DNA of 64,000 nt from Eledone cirrhosa (taxonomy: Eukaryota). The stretch covers positions 361,026,001-361,090,000 of the forward strand of contig OZ024740.1 in assembly GCA_964016885.1 (NCBI GenBank), given 5' to 3'. Every line of letters begins with the position of its first letter. Position 1 is the stretch's first letter. Shown piece after piece: positions 40,876 through 54,254 of this stretch. Under the pieces are notes generated by a model. The model did not search any database and had not been told where the DNA came from. It worked only from the letters and a program-made list of their open reading frames with translations. The position numbers and the translations under genes were made by a program.

Positions 40876-41804
40876 TGTACTTTTATTGTTTAAAGATAAC
40901 TGGTGGAAATTTTCTGTCAGGTGATATTGATGCAGTTTATGTCATGTTATGTGACAGTCACCAAAAGGCACCACACATGATTGAGACATCATAATGATTT
41001 TCATTGCAGTAGTAAGTCATACCACACACATGCTTAACTATGTAATTTCAGATAGGAGTAACTGTTGGGCGAAGGCAGTATAGGAGCATATATATGTGTA
41101 TACAACCATTTGTTTATGAGGCATAAACAGTTAAAAAGCACACAAGCTGTTACCAGAGTATATTCTTTATTATTTCATTATTTTATTAATTTTTTTTGTA
41201 TTGTCTATCTATATTATTAAACAGCTTTTTTGAGGGGGAAGGAGTTAGTGCAGAATACCTAAGATCTCTCACTAATAGTGCAGCCTCACTCTTCAAAGAG
41301 ATTATTTTCTGCTATACAACTAAAATATAGACATAGATACGAGACTATTTAAAACAATACTGTTTAAATGGCTCGTGGGGACCAACTTACGGGAAAACTG
41401 CTCGAACCTTCATCGATCAACTCTCAGACGATACAAATCTCAATAGGGAACAGTTGTTAGGAGCAATGGAAAGTTGTGAATGTTCAACTGAGGTCACAAC
41501 AATGATGATGATGATATTTATGTAAATTGTTGATAATCTATATAATAATGATTATACTGTAGTTTTTGTCCTGTGTCACACAAATGCACTCAAAAACACT
41601 CTAAAACTTTGTGCAACTTTTATTTAGAATCTGTTTGACTCTCTCTCTCTCTACAAATATTACACAAGCACTTTGTAATATTCTAGGAAATGGTAATGCT
41701 ATGCAGAAAGGCAAAAAATAAAACAAAACAGAAAGCAAGTATTCTTACTAAGAACACAAATTTGACCCTTTGACTTATTAGTAATTTTATTTACAGTTAA
41801 ATAG

Positions 41805-42085
41805 GTTTATTTACAATAATTTATAACTTTGCCTATTAATCCGTATGGTGAGCAAATGGGGTCCTACGTGCTGGCCTCCCCACAGCCCCAGCGGACAGGA
41901 TGGAGGTGTTTCCTAGGAGGATGGTAAGGGAGATGTAGTGAAGGGCCATTCCAACTCGCGAGGCTCACACCTGCGGCTGGCCAACTCAGCACCTATGGTG
42001 GTAAGTAGGGAGGTAGCCCTTGGACCAAGGACACCAGAAGTCTCCACTGCCAAGAGCACGACCGCGAACTTGTCGGAGAGCGACC
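41805..42085 (-). mobile_element. second CRE-like 3' end copy
   Basis: LLAVETSGVLGPRATSLLTTIGAELASRRCEPRELEW; reverse-complement homolog of about 26605-26875. Confidence 0.8.
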
Positions 42086-45000
42086 GGTTACTGCTGCTGA
42101 TACAACCATAACTACTATGACTGCTACTGCTATTACTGCTACCATTACTATCCAACTACTACTACTTCCACCACTATTGCTACTACTATACTTGCTGCTA
42201 CCAAGAAGACAGATTGAAGTTTATGAACATCAAGGAAAACTCAGAGATTTCAAGGGTCTTCACATAGAATGTTGTAACTAAGGAATTATTAAATAAAATA
42301 TTTTTTTTACTGTACAATCCATCATTTTTTACAGATACTTTTCTTATATATATATAATCCACAAGCATAGCTTTGTTAAACTTTGGTGTAGAAACCCAAA
42401 ACAAGAGATTATATACTAGCTTATATTAAATATCGACAGCAATCTATATATAAATTTCTGTGATTCTGTCACAACATGTAAAGAGAGGGGAGTAGTTTGA
42501 CTACCTCATACTACTCCTCTTTACATCTAATGCCTGGGTGATGTATCTGTGTATAAAAGAAAGGAAGGGGATGGTGAAAAAACTATGCTGTGTATGTGTG
42601 CGAGTGTGTATTTTTGTAAGTGTGTCTGTGTTTGCATGTTCATATACTCATACATATAAATGTATATATATACCCATAAACACGCCAGCATATGGAAAAA
42701 AAATTCTAGTAACAAATTATATCTAATGATGTCAGATTTTGAGTGAGGACATAGTTGATTCAATCAACCCAGCACTTGAATGGTAATTTATGTTACCTAT
42801 CATCCTGGTGAAAATGACAAGAGCCACAAAGTGAGGGTGTATGATGCTGGAAAAGACATGCCCATCTTTGCAATCATGGCAAAATAGTTGTTAAAATTAT
42901 GGTGATGATAGAGATTGGGGAATCTACATTTGGATCTCTCACCTATTATATTCCTGTTAAGTTTCTATCTCCTTCCTGTTCTTACTCTGTATCCTATTCA
43001 GAGCACCATGCTATTTGTGTAAAGAGGGATGGCATTGGATCTGACCACCTTCCCCTTCTTCCATCACCACCAACACCCAGCCATCTCTTCTCCATCATGA
43101 TGACTATGTGATGAGGGATGGCATCAAATCTATCCATATTCATTATCCTCTATCAATACTCTATATTTTTACTGCTTAGTCACGGAGAAAAGGACAGTGA
43201 TTATGACCATTTTTTTCAGAGCCTTGTTTTATTTTAATCCTTTTGATACCAACCTATCTCTCAAGTTTCTGCCCATCATAATTCTATCTCAGAATATGTT
43301 TGTTAAGTTCCAAACATCAGCTTACTAACAACATAGTTAATTATCTTTATATCCCTCCAAAATTGTAACTTTTTTTCAAATTTAATTGAAAAATCATAGG
43401 CAGTGTATCCCATCAGAAATGTGGTAAAGGAAGGATTAATGTCTAGCTTGGCAACTAAAGTTTTAAAAAGTGATATCTCATTTCTTAACAATTTATATAT
43501 ATGTTTCCTTATCTTTCTTAACACCTGTAGCCCCCTGTGCCAACTATATAACTATACTGTTCTAAGAAAAATTGGAAGGATGGCCTAGTGGTTAGGGTGT
43601 TGAACTCAGAATCATAAGATCTGAATCAAGCAGTGTGTTGTGTTCTTGAGCAAGATTTTTCATTTCTCATTGCTTTCATAACAGGACTGGCGTCACTATC
43701 ATTAAAACAACCAAAACAACCTCCTATGAATTTTAACCTCATACAAGGCAAGCTAAACCTACAAAAGTGGGTGCTATAGCAACATGATAGGACTAGGGAC
43801 CCCTATCATTAAAACACTCAAAAAATATAGGAAGCCAAATAAACCTACATAGGTGAGGAATAAATTTCATTTTTTTTTAATAGTTCAACAAACAACAGTT
43901 GGTTGGATTTTTTTTTTTTTTTAGAATTTTCATGGTCAAAAGTTTTTATTTTGACATTTCGTGTCAATTATAGAGATCTTAACAATTTGTATGCATATAT
44001 TGATCAACAGGCTTTGCTTGAATTTAGAAAGCTGTTTCAAAAATTAAACTATTTCTATCACTTGTCCCCCACCTCCCATTATTATTTATAGTGGCAGCTT
44101 TACAAAAAAAAGTAAATATATTTTCTAATTTTGAAATTTGCACAAGGATTCATAAATAAATGTGTTTGTGTGTGCGACAACCTCATCCGGTTCAACTTCA
44201 CTTTTCATCCATCTATTCAGAGTTAGCCTTCTGTCCCCAGTAGAAAATATTGTATTGTATTGTAATGTAATGTCTCTTCATAGTTCTTGTTAACAATAAT
44301 GATAATTTTGTTATTATGATGCTGCACATCAATTGGTCTCTACCATTCTTACAAAAAGAACAATCTTAGTCATCTCACCATAACAACAACAAAACCTACC
44401 ACTAGAATCAATGTTTTACATTGATAACTTTCATTAATTTTATAGCAAAGACAATTACATATATTTTACTTATTTGATACCAAACTGGCTAGAACTACCC
44501 CTGGTTCTGTAATATAAAACTGTTCCTTTTAAAGTGTTTAATTTTATGTAAGAAACTTCATTAAGTTCCAAACATCAGATTGATAACAAGAAAGTTTGTT
44601 ATATTACAAAATAACTCTAAATTCTTTACTATTTTCGAAATGGTTTGAAAGTTATAGGCAGTGTTTTTTATTGAAAATATGCTAAAAATAAACAGTTAAA
44701 GATTCATTAGGTATGAAAACATTGAGTTTATTGTAATCCCTATATAACTTCTGGGTTTTGTTTTCTATTGTCTTGCATTGGTTGATTGCGATGGTTGTTA
44801 ATACTGTTCATTCAAAACATCACCTTCATATTCCAGCAACACAGAATACAGAATACTGTACTTTTATTACATGACATCAAAACTGAAATTATAGGTAGCA
44901 AGCCCACTAAATAAAAAGCAGTTTCACCATATTTTAAATGAAATACACAGCCTTTGCGTTTCAATTCATTTTAAAAATAATCAAAGATTTAGAAGAATTT

Positions 45001-45629
45001 AATAAAATAACTTTGTCGTTATTAAGTTGGTATTTGGAACGTAACAAAATTTTTTACATAAAATTATGTAGGAAGGTTTAAATTTAAATGTGAACACTTT
45101 AAAACAAAGAGACATAGAGCTAAAAATGGTATCAGACAGTTTGGTATCAAAAGGGTTTGCCCCAATTCAAACCCTGACCGAATCAACTTAGCTTTCCATC
45201 TTTCAACAATCAATAAAATATTGGGATTCTACAGTTTGTGACACTTTTGCTCCTTCCAAGATCCTGGATACCGTGGCAAAGGTGAGGGTTACCCTATCCA
45301 TAGCTGAATGGAACATAATTCTAAAATACCAGAAATGTTTGACAAACAATTTTTTCAGCCTGTGGAATTTAAGATCCTAAGGGATGCTGGGTCACTGACA
45401 AGCTTCTTGTCAACATATCAGATGATGCACACGAGGATGCTTGGTTATTCCAGGGTCCCAGTCATGCTATCACCCAGTGTTACAAATGTTTTGGCTTGTC
45501 TCAAAATAAGAGGGAAATTCCAAAGCCACATGCTGTAGCACATAATTCAGTGTTCATGTCTTCTCCAACATTTTTCATTTTTTTAAAAATATTAATTGTT
45601 TATTTGTATGCAGTCTATTGAAATAAACT

Positions 45630-46270
45630 TAAGTGAGAAATTAGGTATAAGAGGGATCAGATGCTGTTTACTCAAGAGAAGGCTACGTTGGTATGGTCAC
45701 ATGATGCGCATGAAAGACGACAGCTGTATAAAAAAGCGATCAAAATTGATGGAAGTTACGGAGTAGGCAGACCCAGAAAAACCTGGGACGATTTGATAAA
45801 TTCCGACCTTACACACTTGCACCTCTCCAAGACAATGTCACTGGACCGAGATCTTTGGCGCTATGCAGTAACACAGAATACCCGCCTTGCCTAAGTACAA
45901 AGTGAAACCTACAGTCAGTAGGCACCTCTTAATCAAATATACAACCCCATCCCACTACCCCACACCCACCCCATCAACACCACCCCTTTCTCTGTAATGT
46001 TGGTACCACAACATCCAGTCCTAAATAAATGAGGTCGTCACAACAAAAAAAAAAAAACAGTCCACGCTGTAATGTGGCCGTGTAGGTAACACGGTAAAAA
46101 CCTCCCAGTCCACACTGTAAATGTGGTTGGTGTTAGTAAGGGCATCCAGCCGTAGAAAACCTGCCAGACAGTCCTATATGAGCAAGACGACCAATCTTGC
46201 CTCAAGTGGGGCAATTCCTGTTTAAAACCATGCTAGCGTGGAAGATAGACGTTAAACGTTGATGATGATT
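45630..46270 (+). mobile_element. RTE family 2 3' fragment with UTR
   Basis: GSYGVGRPRKTWDDLINSDLTHLHLSK, then tail. Confidence 0.8.
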
Positions 46271-46339
46271 ATGCAGATAAAATTAATAATTCACGGAAGT
46301 CAAATTATATATATTAAATTTATTCCTCATTGTCTCATG

Positions 46340-46740
46340 CCTTCTTCTTCACCCACTTATTCCTGGAAGGGTCATGGGGGCAGAGTCCTCAAACACTCTC
46401 CTTCCAGCGAGTCCTAGCAGAAGCAACTACCTCCAACTGATCCGGCTGGATCCTTAAGTGAGACCAGCCAAGCTCATGGATGTTACCCAACTACCTTGTC
46501 AGGGTCTACCTTTGGGTCGCCTGCGAGTTGGTTTTGCCCATAAAATCTGTCCAGCAATTCTTTCCTGAGACATTCTTATCACATGTCCAGAGTATCAGAG
46601 CTGTTATCTCTCAATTTGGAGAACTAGCAGCTCTACCTGGAGCAACTTTCTAATCTCCGAGCTACACACTCTATTGAGTAACATTACTCCAAAGACCCTT
46701 CGGAGGAACCCAATTTTGACCGCTTGTATTTGTAATTGTA
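46340..46740 (-). mobile_element. 3' fragment of another RTE-like LINE
   Basis: IQAVKIGFLRRVFGVMLLNRV...IER, GHV and RPKGRP-like motifs; related fragment at about 54575-54900. Confidence 0.65.
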
Positions 46741-47789
46741 TTTGTATGCAGTCTGTTAAAATAAACTTATGCAGATAAAATAAAGAACACATAATTTAGA
46801 AAAGTTAAATTATATATTACTCTATTACATGTTCCAGCCGACAGGCTGAGGCCATGCTGGGACACTGCCATTAAACATTCCTTGTTGTTTTGTGCCAAAG
46901 CAAGAATCAGTAGAGCACCAGAGAAAATGACCGTGTATTTAGTTGTATTCCTTTAAAGCCTAAATTTTAAATCCCACTCGGGTCACATTTTTCCTTTCAT
47001 CCTTCCAATGATGATAAAATAATTACCAGTCAAATACTGGAATTTATTAAATAATCAAAAACATTGTTATATTTCTAAACTAAATAAAAATGTAAACACA
47101 AATGAAAGATCCAGTTTCATTTGTATATGTTTCACCTTAGAAATATAAACATATAGAATATGTATAGAATAGTGTTGGCCAAAATGAAGAAGGCTTTGGT
47201 AAAACAGAATGTCTCTGAGTAAGTGAAAGCTTTGCATTAGTTTCATCAAATTAATTATCATACTGGGTAAAAGTATGTTTAGCATTCATTTATTAACTTT
47301 ATTTACAGCAAAAAATGAAATATATCTGAAGTTCAGACAGAAGAAAAGCAGCAGAAAATCATTTTAACTGTTGAAAATGTCTATTATATCAAGTGCAAAT
47401 AAATATTAAATTTAGAATTCATTGTTGTTGTTTCATAATATATACCTGGCTATGGGTGATGTGTGCATGCATTACTATCATTCTACTAACCTAATTTACA
47501 CTTAATTTCATTTCAAAATCTTGTTGGATCTCTTTAAACAGTAATGGAGTTAAGTAAAAGCATACCATATATATCATCATCATCATCATTTAACGCCCAC
47601 TTTCCCTACTAGCAACAGTTGGATGGGTCTACATACACTAAGTCAGTACTAAAGTGGGATCACTGACCTCCCAGACAGGCTGAGGAGGTCTGTATCTCGC
47701 TTACGTATGGTCATGTCGAGTGCAGAGAAGTTGTGTCTTTTGACACAAACTGAAGGGTCCTCCTAACCCCTTGTTTAGCAAGTTTTCTA

Positions 47790-48725
47790 CACCTCCATCT
47801 TACTGGAACTTTGCTCCAGCTGCAGGCCTGGTTTGTGGCTTCCAGCAAGTTGTCCCTTAGGAAACTCCAGTTTTCCTCTATGTTATATGTTTCCATTTCC
47901 TCTTCTTTACTGTCAAAGGCGTCAAGTAGGATTTCTCTGTATTTGTTACCTGCCGCAGGTTTCTTAGCGTCCAAATCTTCCTTCTCCAGACTGGCTTTTG
48001 TCCCTTAGTTTGTTTGGCACTTATTCTAAGGTCACTGGCAACTAGTCTATGTTGGGAGGTACACTCTTCCCCAGGAAAGGCTTTAACATTTACAACCATT
48101 TGCCTGACCCATTTCCTGGTGAGATGAAGTTTATTTGGCTTGTGTGCTCACCTGATTGGTAGGTAATCAGGTGGCTGGTTACTCTCTTGAAGTTTGTGTT
48201 ACAAATAATTAAGTCGAGAGCATCACAGAACTCCAAAAGCCTAGTCCCTTCCTCATTTCTCGTGCCATAACTGTAGCTTCCATGTACGTCAGGGAATTTA
48301 TTATAATGTTTCCCAACATGACCAGTGACATCACCAGCTGCAATCATAAGATCACTGTCATCCGTCATTGAGGTAATCCATAAAATGGCCTCATAGAAAT
48401 GGTATTTTATTCATCCGCAAGTCCAGCTTGTGGGGCATACAGAGATATGGTGGTTCTAGTATTGCCCAAGGCTAGTCTAAGTTTAATTATTCTATCACTC
48501 ACACTGACTACCTCAATTATCTGGTCTACCCATCTCTCAGTGAAGAACATTCCTACTCCACTCACCCCATTATTGCTACCCATCCAGAAGAATCTGTACC
48601 GTTGTTCTTTGCCTTTAATGAATCTGGCTGAAGCACCCCTCTACCTTACATCTTGCATGCAGCATATATCTACTTGTCTCCTCTCTAGCATCTCCACAAT
48701 CTCATCATATTTATCTTTCATTATA
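47790..48725 (-). mobile_element. endonuclease region of RTE family 2, decayed
   Basis: AGDVTGHVG, RNEEGTRLLEFCDA and AFPGEECTSQHRLV; inverted homolog of about 29490-30420. Confidence 0.88.
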
Positions 48726-48859
48726 TATTTTATTGTAGTACATAATTTTCTAAGTAGCGTTGCAATGAATCTGGTGACCTACACAGTAGACCACCGATCC
48801 ACCTCCTTAGCGACACTTTCTGGTTTGGCAAATATATAATATATATATATATACATCTA

Positions 48860-49215
48860 GTACGCACTACTCTCCCTTACCCCACTTTCCATACAACTCC
48901 AATGCCTAACACCCACCTTGATCCACCCCTCACCTGATAAGTGTCTCACTCTAGATCTACCTCTCCAATCCTCATGCACATCCCCCACCCCAGTCCACAC
49001 TGTAAAGTGGTCGTTTCTGGTACCATGACAAAAACGCTCAGTCTACACTGTAAATGTGGTTGATGTTAGGGAGGGCATCCATCCGTAGAAACCAAGCCAA
49101 AATTGATCCAGAGTGAGCTAGAGACAGGTCATCTGCTCTGGCTTGGTTCACATCTGGACAACTCGTCTAACCCATGGTAGCGTGGAAAAAAGGACGTTAA
49201 ATGTGATGATGATGA
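48860..49215 (+). mobile_element. RTE family 2 3' UTR unit
   Basis: Closely similar to 39070-39450. Confidence 0.75.
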
Positions 49216-49505
49216 TATAACTTAGCAATAGCTCTAACATAGAACACCTCACAATAGCCGTGTATATGAAGGCATATATGATGCGTTTATGTACAATAAA
49301 CTTACCTTCATATACACTCCTATTACGAACCATGCAATATTAGTACTACTGCTAACTAATCCTAGACAGTCAAGTTCACATTATATGCAAATGAACAGTT
49401 CCAACCGATGTTTCATATGCAAAAGAAGCATATATGCTTTTAGTATATTATTATCTCAGTACCAAGTGAGTAAATGTTACTGATGATGGATAAAACTCCC
49501 GAAAT

Positions 49506-49600
<95 letters not shown>
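49506..49600. repeat. (CA)n(TA)n microsatellite
   Basis: Direct observation. Confidence 0.95.
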
Positions 49601-49603
<3 letters not shown>

Positions 49604-52110
49604 CAAGAATAGACAAGACATACACAGATATGCAAAAACACAAAGTCTTAGTTTCATGCTTAGAAAAAAGTGAACATTCGGAGAGAGAGAAAGGGTTGGA
49701 ACATTGGTATTTGAAAAAAAAATTAAGGCTGGAGGGGCTGGTAGGCGAGTAGTCCGGCATGTATGAGTGGGGGCCGATATGGACAGTCCAGGTTTGTCAT
49801 GTGTATGATCTGATTTCAAATCCCGCTGAGGTTAACTTTGCTTTTCATCTTTACGGAGTCGATAAAATAAAGTACCAGTAATACACTGGATTAATTGCTG
49901 GCCTTGTGCCAAAAGTAGAAACAATTATTGTTTGTGTATGTAGTTTGTGAAATTTAGTTTTTTTTTAGCATGTGTATAGTTTGCATGAGTGTATGTGTAT
50001 ACATGTATATGTCATAACTAATTAATAACTCCAGAAAACTTCTTTGTTGAGTGCTTTTAATCTATTGTAAAACTATATTCATTGAGTAATCAATGAACCT
50101 TATTAACATTTGGTTATATATCATCATCATTTCATTTTACGTCTGCTTTTCCCTGCTTGCAAGAGTGGGACGGTAACTGATTCTGGCTTGATTTCTACAG
50201 CTGGATGCCCTTCCTAACACCAACCTTATTTACAGTGAGTGCTGGGTGCTTTTTTGCCGTGGCACCTCCACGACCACTTTGCAGTGGAATGATAGGGACC
50301 TCAGTCCCTATCATCTCATTTCTACAGCTGCGTGAACAGGAGCAATGTGAAATAAAGTGTCTTGCTCAAGGAAACAACACATCACCCGGTCTGAGAATTG
50401 AACTCACAACCTTTCGATTGCAAAGCCAATGCTCTAACCACTAAGCCATGTGCCTCCTTCAGAGAGAGAGAGAGAGCCATATGGCTAGGGCTAAATTTAG
50501 AAGGCCGGGGTTCTAAATACACATCGAGCCCTTAAGAGATTTTATATTTGTAATGGTTAGATGATGATTTAGTGTTTTAGAGAGACATGCTGACAAACTT
50601 TTTACCAGTTTTAAATAAAATGGAAAAATAATAAAAATAATAATAATTGATAATGCGGCATAGGTATAGAACAGCATTGGCAAAAATATGTAAGCTTTTA
50701 CAGAACCGAAATACTGAATAAGGTGAAAGCATCAGGTTGCTTTGAGTGAAAGGATAAATTGATATCCATATCGTATGTATTGTTGTTGATGTGGAGTGCG
50801 TGTGTGTGTGGTATAACAGACAATAGATCTCGTATGGAGAAAATTAAAATGTCATCTATTCCGCTGAATTCATTTCGCAGGTTCTGCTCATATATGCATA
50901 TATATGTGTGCGCGAGAGTGCGTGCATGTGCATATATAGAAACACGAGCCGACGAGGAAACCCTAACCCTAACGTCTATATGACACACTGAATCCACCGA
51001 ATTGGAAGAGCTATTTTAATTTTCTTCATTTGAAATGTGTTGTTTAGCCCCAAGGTCAGCTCTACTGTGATTGAACATACTGTGCATTTAAGGATATCTA
51101 GGACTATATTATATATATGCATTTTTTTAAAGTGTGATTCTAGAGAAATTGGGAGTTGTTTCCAGCAAGTCGAGCGGCCATGTATAGGCTCCTTCGTACA
51201 TTGTTTCATTATGTCGGTATCAGATAGATTTTGACGAAACATGTTATCAGCAAACAAGATAACGTTTATATATTCATAGTTTTTTTTTTCTCTCTCACAC
51301 ACTTTTATGCTATTGTTTGTTTTATTTTATTTCAAAACATACTGACATTTAACCCGTGTCGGATCCCAACATATACAAACGATGTTAACGATATTTATAT
51401 ATATAACAATTACATCATAGAGAGAGTCTTCTTGGCTATTTAAAAACGCACAAATTTCGATACTTTCACTTTAGTTTTATTTCTAATTAATATCGAAAAC
51501 GTTATCGTATATCAGTGGTATTGTGTCAATGACCTGGTCGTAGATGTACGACGAAACTGCCTGGCTCTTTATAGTATGCAGTACGATGAGGAAAAAGAAC
51601 AAAATAATATTTAGTGAATATAACGGGCATATTGTGTGATTTTAAAACGACCATAATTAGTTCCATTTCAACATATGATCTCTGATGAAATTATTTGCCA
51701 AGAACATACAACTTCCAAATACACAAACGTACATACATATATACGTATATATACGCATATATGTATACAAGTATAAGGCAGGGGGGTTGTAATTGAGGAA
51801 TTGGCTGTTATAATTAGCAGGTTCAGCGACCATTTACAGTCTCTTTCGCATATATATATATATATATACAATAAGACAACCATACAGTATATACTGATAT
51901 ATGTAAACAAAATTACCTCTTTTCGCAAGAATTAACCAACAAAGATAAATTGCACGTTATATTGTAAAAATCAGCATATATAATTGTGTGTGTGTGTATG
52001 TGTGTATAAAAGCGAGAACACACCCACCGACAACAGCATGGAGGAAGGAGAAAAAAGTTTTGTTGAACTGGAGAAAGAAGCACGTTTAGATAAACAACAA
52101 TTGAACTTAC

Positions 52111-52279
52111 TCTCATAGCGAGCCCTCCTCCAGGCTGGCATGCAAGGCGGGAGGGCGGGTTGAACTTTGGAAGTCGTTTCACCAGCTGATTGAGACATTG
52201 GCGACTGTCGTTCGACACCCGCACTAGCTGCTTTCATAACATCGGTGCTACCAGACGGAACATCCATGGACGCCGCCAT
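52111..52279 (-). CDS. first coding exon of a host gene, probably the upstream first exon of the RUFY gene
   Basis: CAAGATGGCGGCG start context, 56 codons (MAASMDVPSG...PAWRRARYE), then phase-1 donor A|GTAAGT at 52111/52110; CpG-rich unique sequence. RUFY assignment is inferred from strand, phase and the absence of another recognisable gene in between. Confidence 0.65.
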
Positions 52280-52375
52280 CTTGGAGACATTTAACCTCAT
52301 CCGGGACAGCAGACCCGCACAAACTGAACAGATTCCCTGCTTAGGTGCTCGTCTCTGACGTCATGTGGCGCCAGT
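52270..52375 (-). promoter_or_regulatory. housekeeping-type promoter elements
   Basis: Palindromic CRE TGACGTCA (52356-52363), E2F-like TGGCGCCA (52366-52373) and YY1-type AAGATGGCGGC overlapping the ATG. Confidence 0.6.
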
Positions 52376-52614
52376 TACGAATTAATGTTTGCTTGCATTT
52401 TTCAGGTTATATGACTATTTTGGTTCCTTCCTGTCATATTGCTGCTTTAAAAAAAAACACACAAAGTATTAAAGGGACGCTCCGGCTCCTCTCGTGGTAT
52501 GTGACTAATTGATAGTTAGTGTTGAATTAACACTTTCTGTCGTTTTGATTCTAAATTTTTATGTGAAACATTTATCTAATTAAGCATTGTATTTATTATA
52601 TAATAATAATAATA

Positions 52615-52850
52615 ATTAAATTATTGTGTACAGTGCTCAGGTACACTACAACTCATCAAAGGAGCATGTACAGATACATAGAATAATGTACAAATGTCAG
52701 GAAAGTGAACATGTGTATTGAGGGGGAATATCAGGTCTAGTGTTGGCGAATTTCAGGAAGCATGGAGGTTTTAAAGGATGCAGTGTCCCTGCAGCCAACA
52801 ACTGATGCAGATAGTTTGTTCCATGCTTCAACAACCATGAGCGTTAAAAA
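52615..52850 (-). mobile_element. CR1/L2-like LINE 3' end
   Basis: Minus-strand VEAWNKLSASVVGCRDTASFK resembles the CR1 WNxLP...SFK terminus; (TAA)n adjacent. Confidence 0.55.
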
Positions 52851-52877
52851 ATGTATATGTTCATTCTGTAATTTACA

Positions 52878-53835
52878 GGGTCGGACGCCATGCTTTGCAG
52901 CATAGAGTTACGGTCTGAGTTCAAATCCCGCCGAGGTTAACTTCGCCTTTCATCCTTAAGGGGTTGATAAAATAAAGTACCAGTAATGCACTGGTATAAT
53001 TGCTGGTCCTGTGCCAAAAGTAGAAACAATTAAATAAATATGTAAAAACCTTTATAACTGTATTGCTTTTTGCTTTACACTTTCAGTCATTTCTATATAA
53101 AATAAAGATGTTCTATAGTCGCCTCCTGATACCTATTGGGGATCCACCCATTCTATATAATATATAGCAGTATCGGTAGAGTCAGAAGCCATGCTTTGCA
53201 GCATAGAGTTACGCCCCTTTACGGTCTCAGTTCAAATCCTGCCGAGGTTAACTTTGCCTTTCATCCTTAGGGGGTGGATAAAATAAAGTACCAGTAATGC
53301 ACTGAAATAATTGCTGGCCTTGTGCCAAAACTAGAAACAATTATTAGCACGTGTGGATTGGCAGTATCGGTAGAGGGTGGGACGCCATGCTTTGCAGCAT
53401 AGGAGTTATGAGCCTTTACGTTCTCAGTTCAAATCCCGCCAGGTTAACTTTGCCTTTCATCCTTACTAGGTCGATAAAATATAGTACCAGTAGTGCACTG
53501 GGGTAATTGCTGGCCTTGTACCAAAAGTAGAAACATTTATTATTACTACTTTGCATAGGGAGGTAGATTGGTAGTATCGGTAGAGCGTCGGCCAACATGC
53601 AGGGTCGGTAAAATAAAGTACTAGTAACGCACTGGGGTCAATTTAATTTACTTTCATCTCCCCAAAAATTGTTGGCCTAGTGCCTAAATCAGAAAGCATT
53701 ATTTCCTTTTACGGTTTAAGTTCAAATCCTGTCGAGGTTAACTTTGCATTTCATCCTTACGTGGTCGATAAAATAAAGCACCAGTAATGCACTGGGTAAT
53801 TGCTGGCCTTGTGCCAAAAGTAGAAACAATTATTA
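52878..53835 (+). mobile_element. head-to-tail array of about five family B SINEs
   Basis: Repeated GTTCAAATCC.GCCGAGGTTAACTTTGCCTTTCATCCTTA...TAAAATAAAGTACCAGTAATGCACTG...GTGCCAAAAGTAGAAACAATTA. Confidence 0.88.
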
Positions 53836-54254
53836 TTACTATGCATACATATATATACCATTTATGTTATATGGCTTTACTAATGGGTAGATCTGGTCAT
53901 TCCGATTAGCTAATCGTGATGCAGTTATCTGAAGCACTCATTCTTATTCAAATCATCCATCGTAGATGTATATCTCGTGGTTGGTGCAAAAACTGAGTTA
54001 AATATTTCAGAGACAGCAGAAGCATTTTTACGCTTTTTTTTCCATGAACTGGCAATTAGGGGAGGTAACTCGCTTCATATCTAGTTACTTTGCAGTTTTA
54101 TTATTTTTGTAACGATTACCACGTAGAAATGTTATTTTAGCAATTAAAAAAAAAAAAAAAATCTTTATATTTATCATTTATTTCTTAGTATCATGCACAC
54201 TAAGATTACACATCCATCGGATTATACCCGATTTATTTATTTCTATCCTCCGCA

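Noticed and set aside
50958-50973. Telomeric (CCCTAA) repeat
   Set aside because: Only about two units; expected by chance.
51540-51700. Hammerhead ribozyme (CGAAAC, GATGAG, CTGATGA words)
   Set aside because: Core motifs are not in a workable order and no flanking helices were found.
52878-53835. CRISPR-like regularly spaced repeats
   Set aside because: Units are ~150-190 bp SINE copies found dispersed elsewhere in the window; no unique spacers, no cas genes, eukaryotic context.
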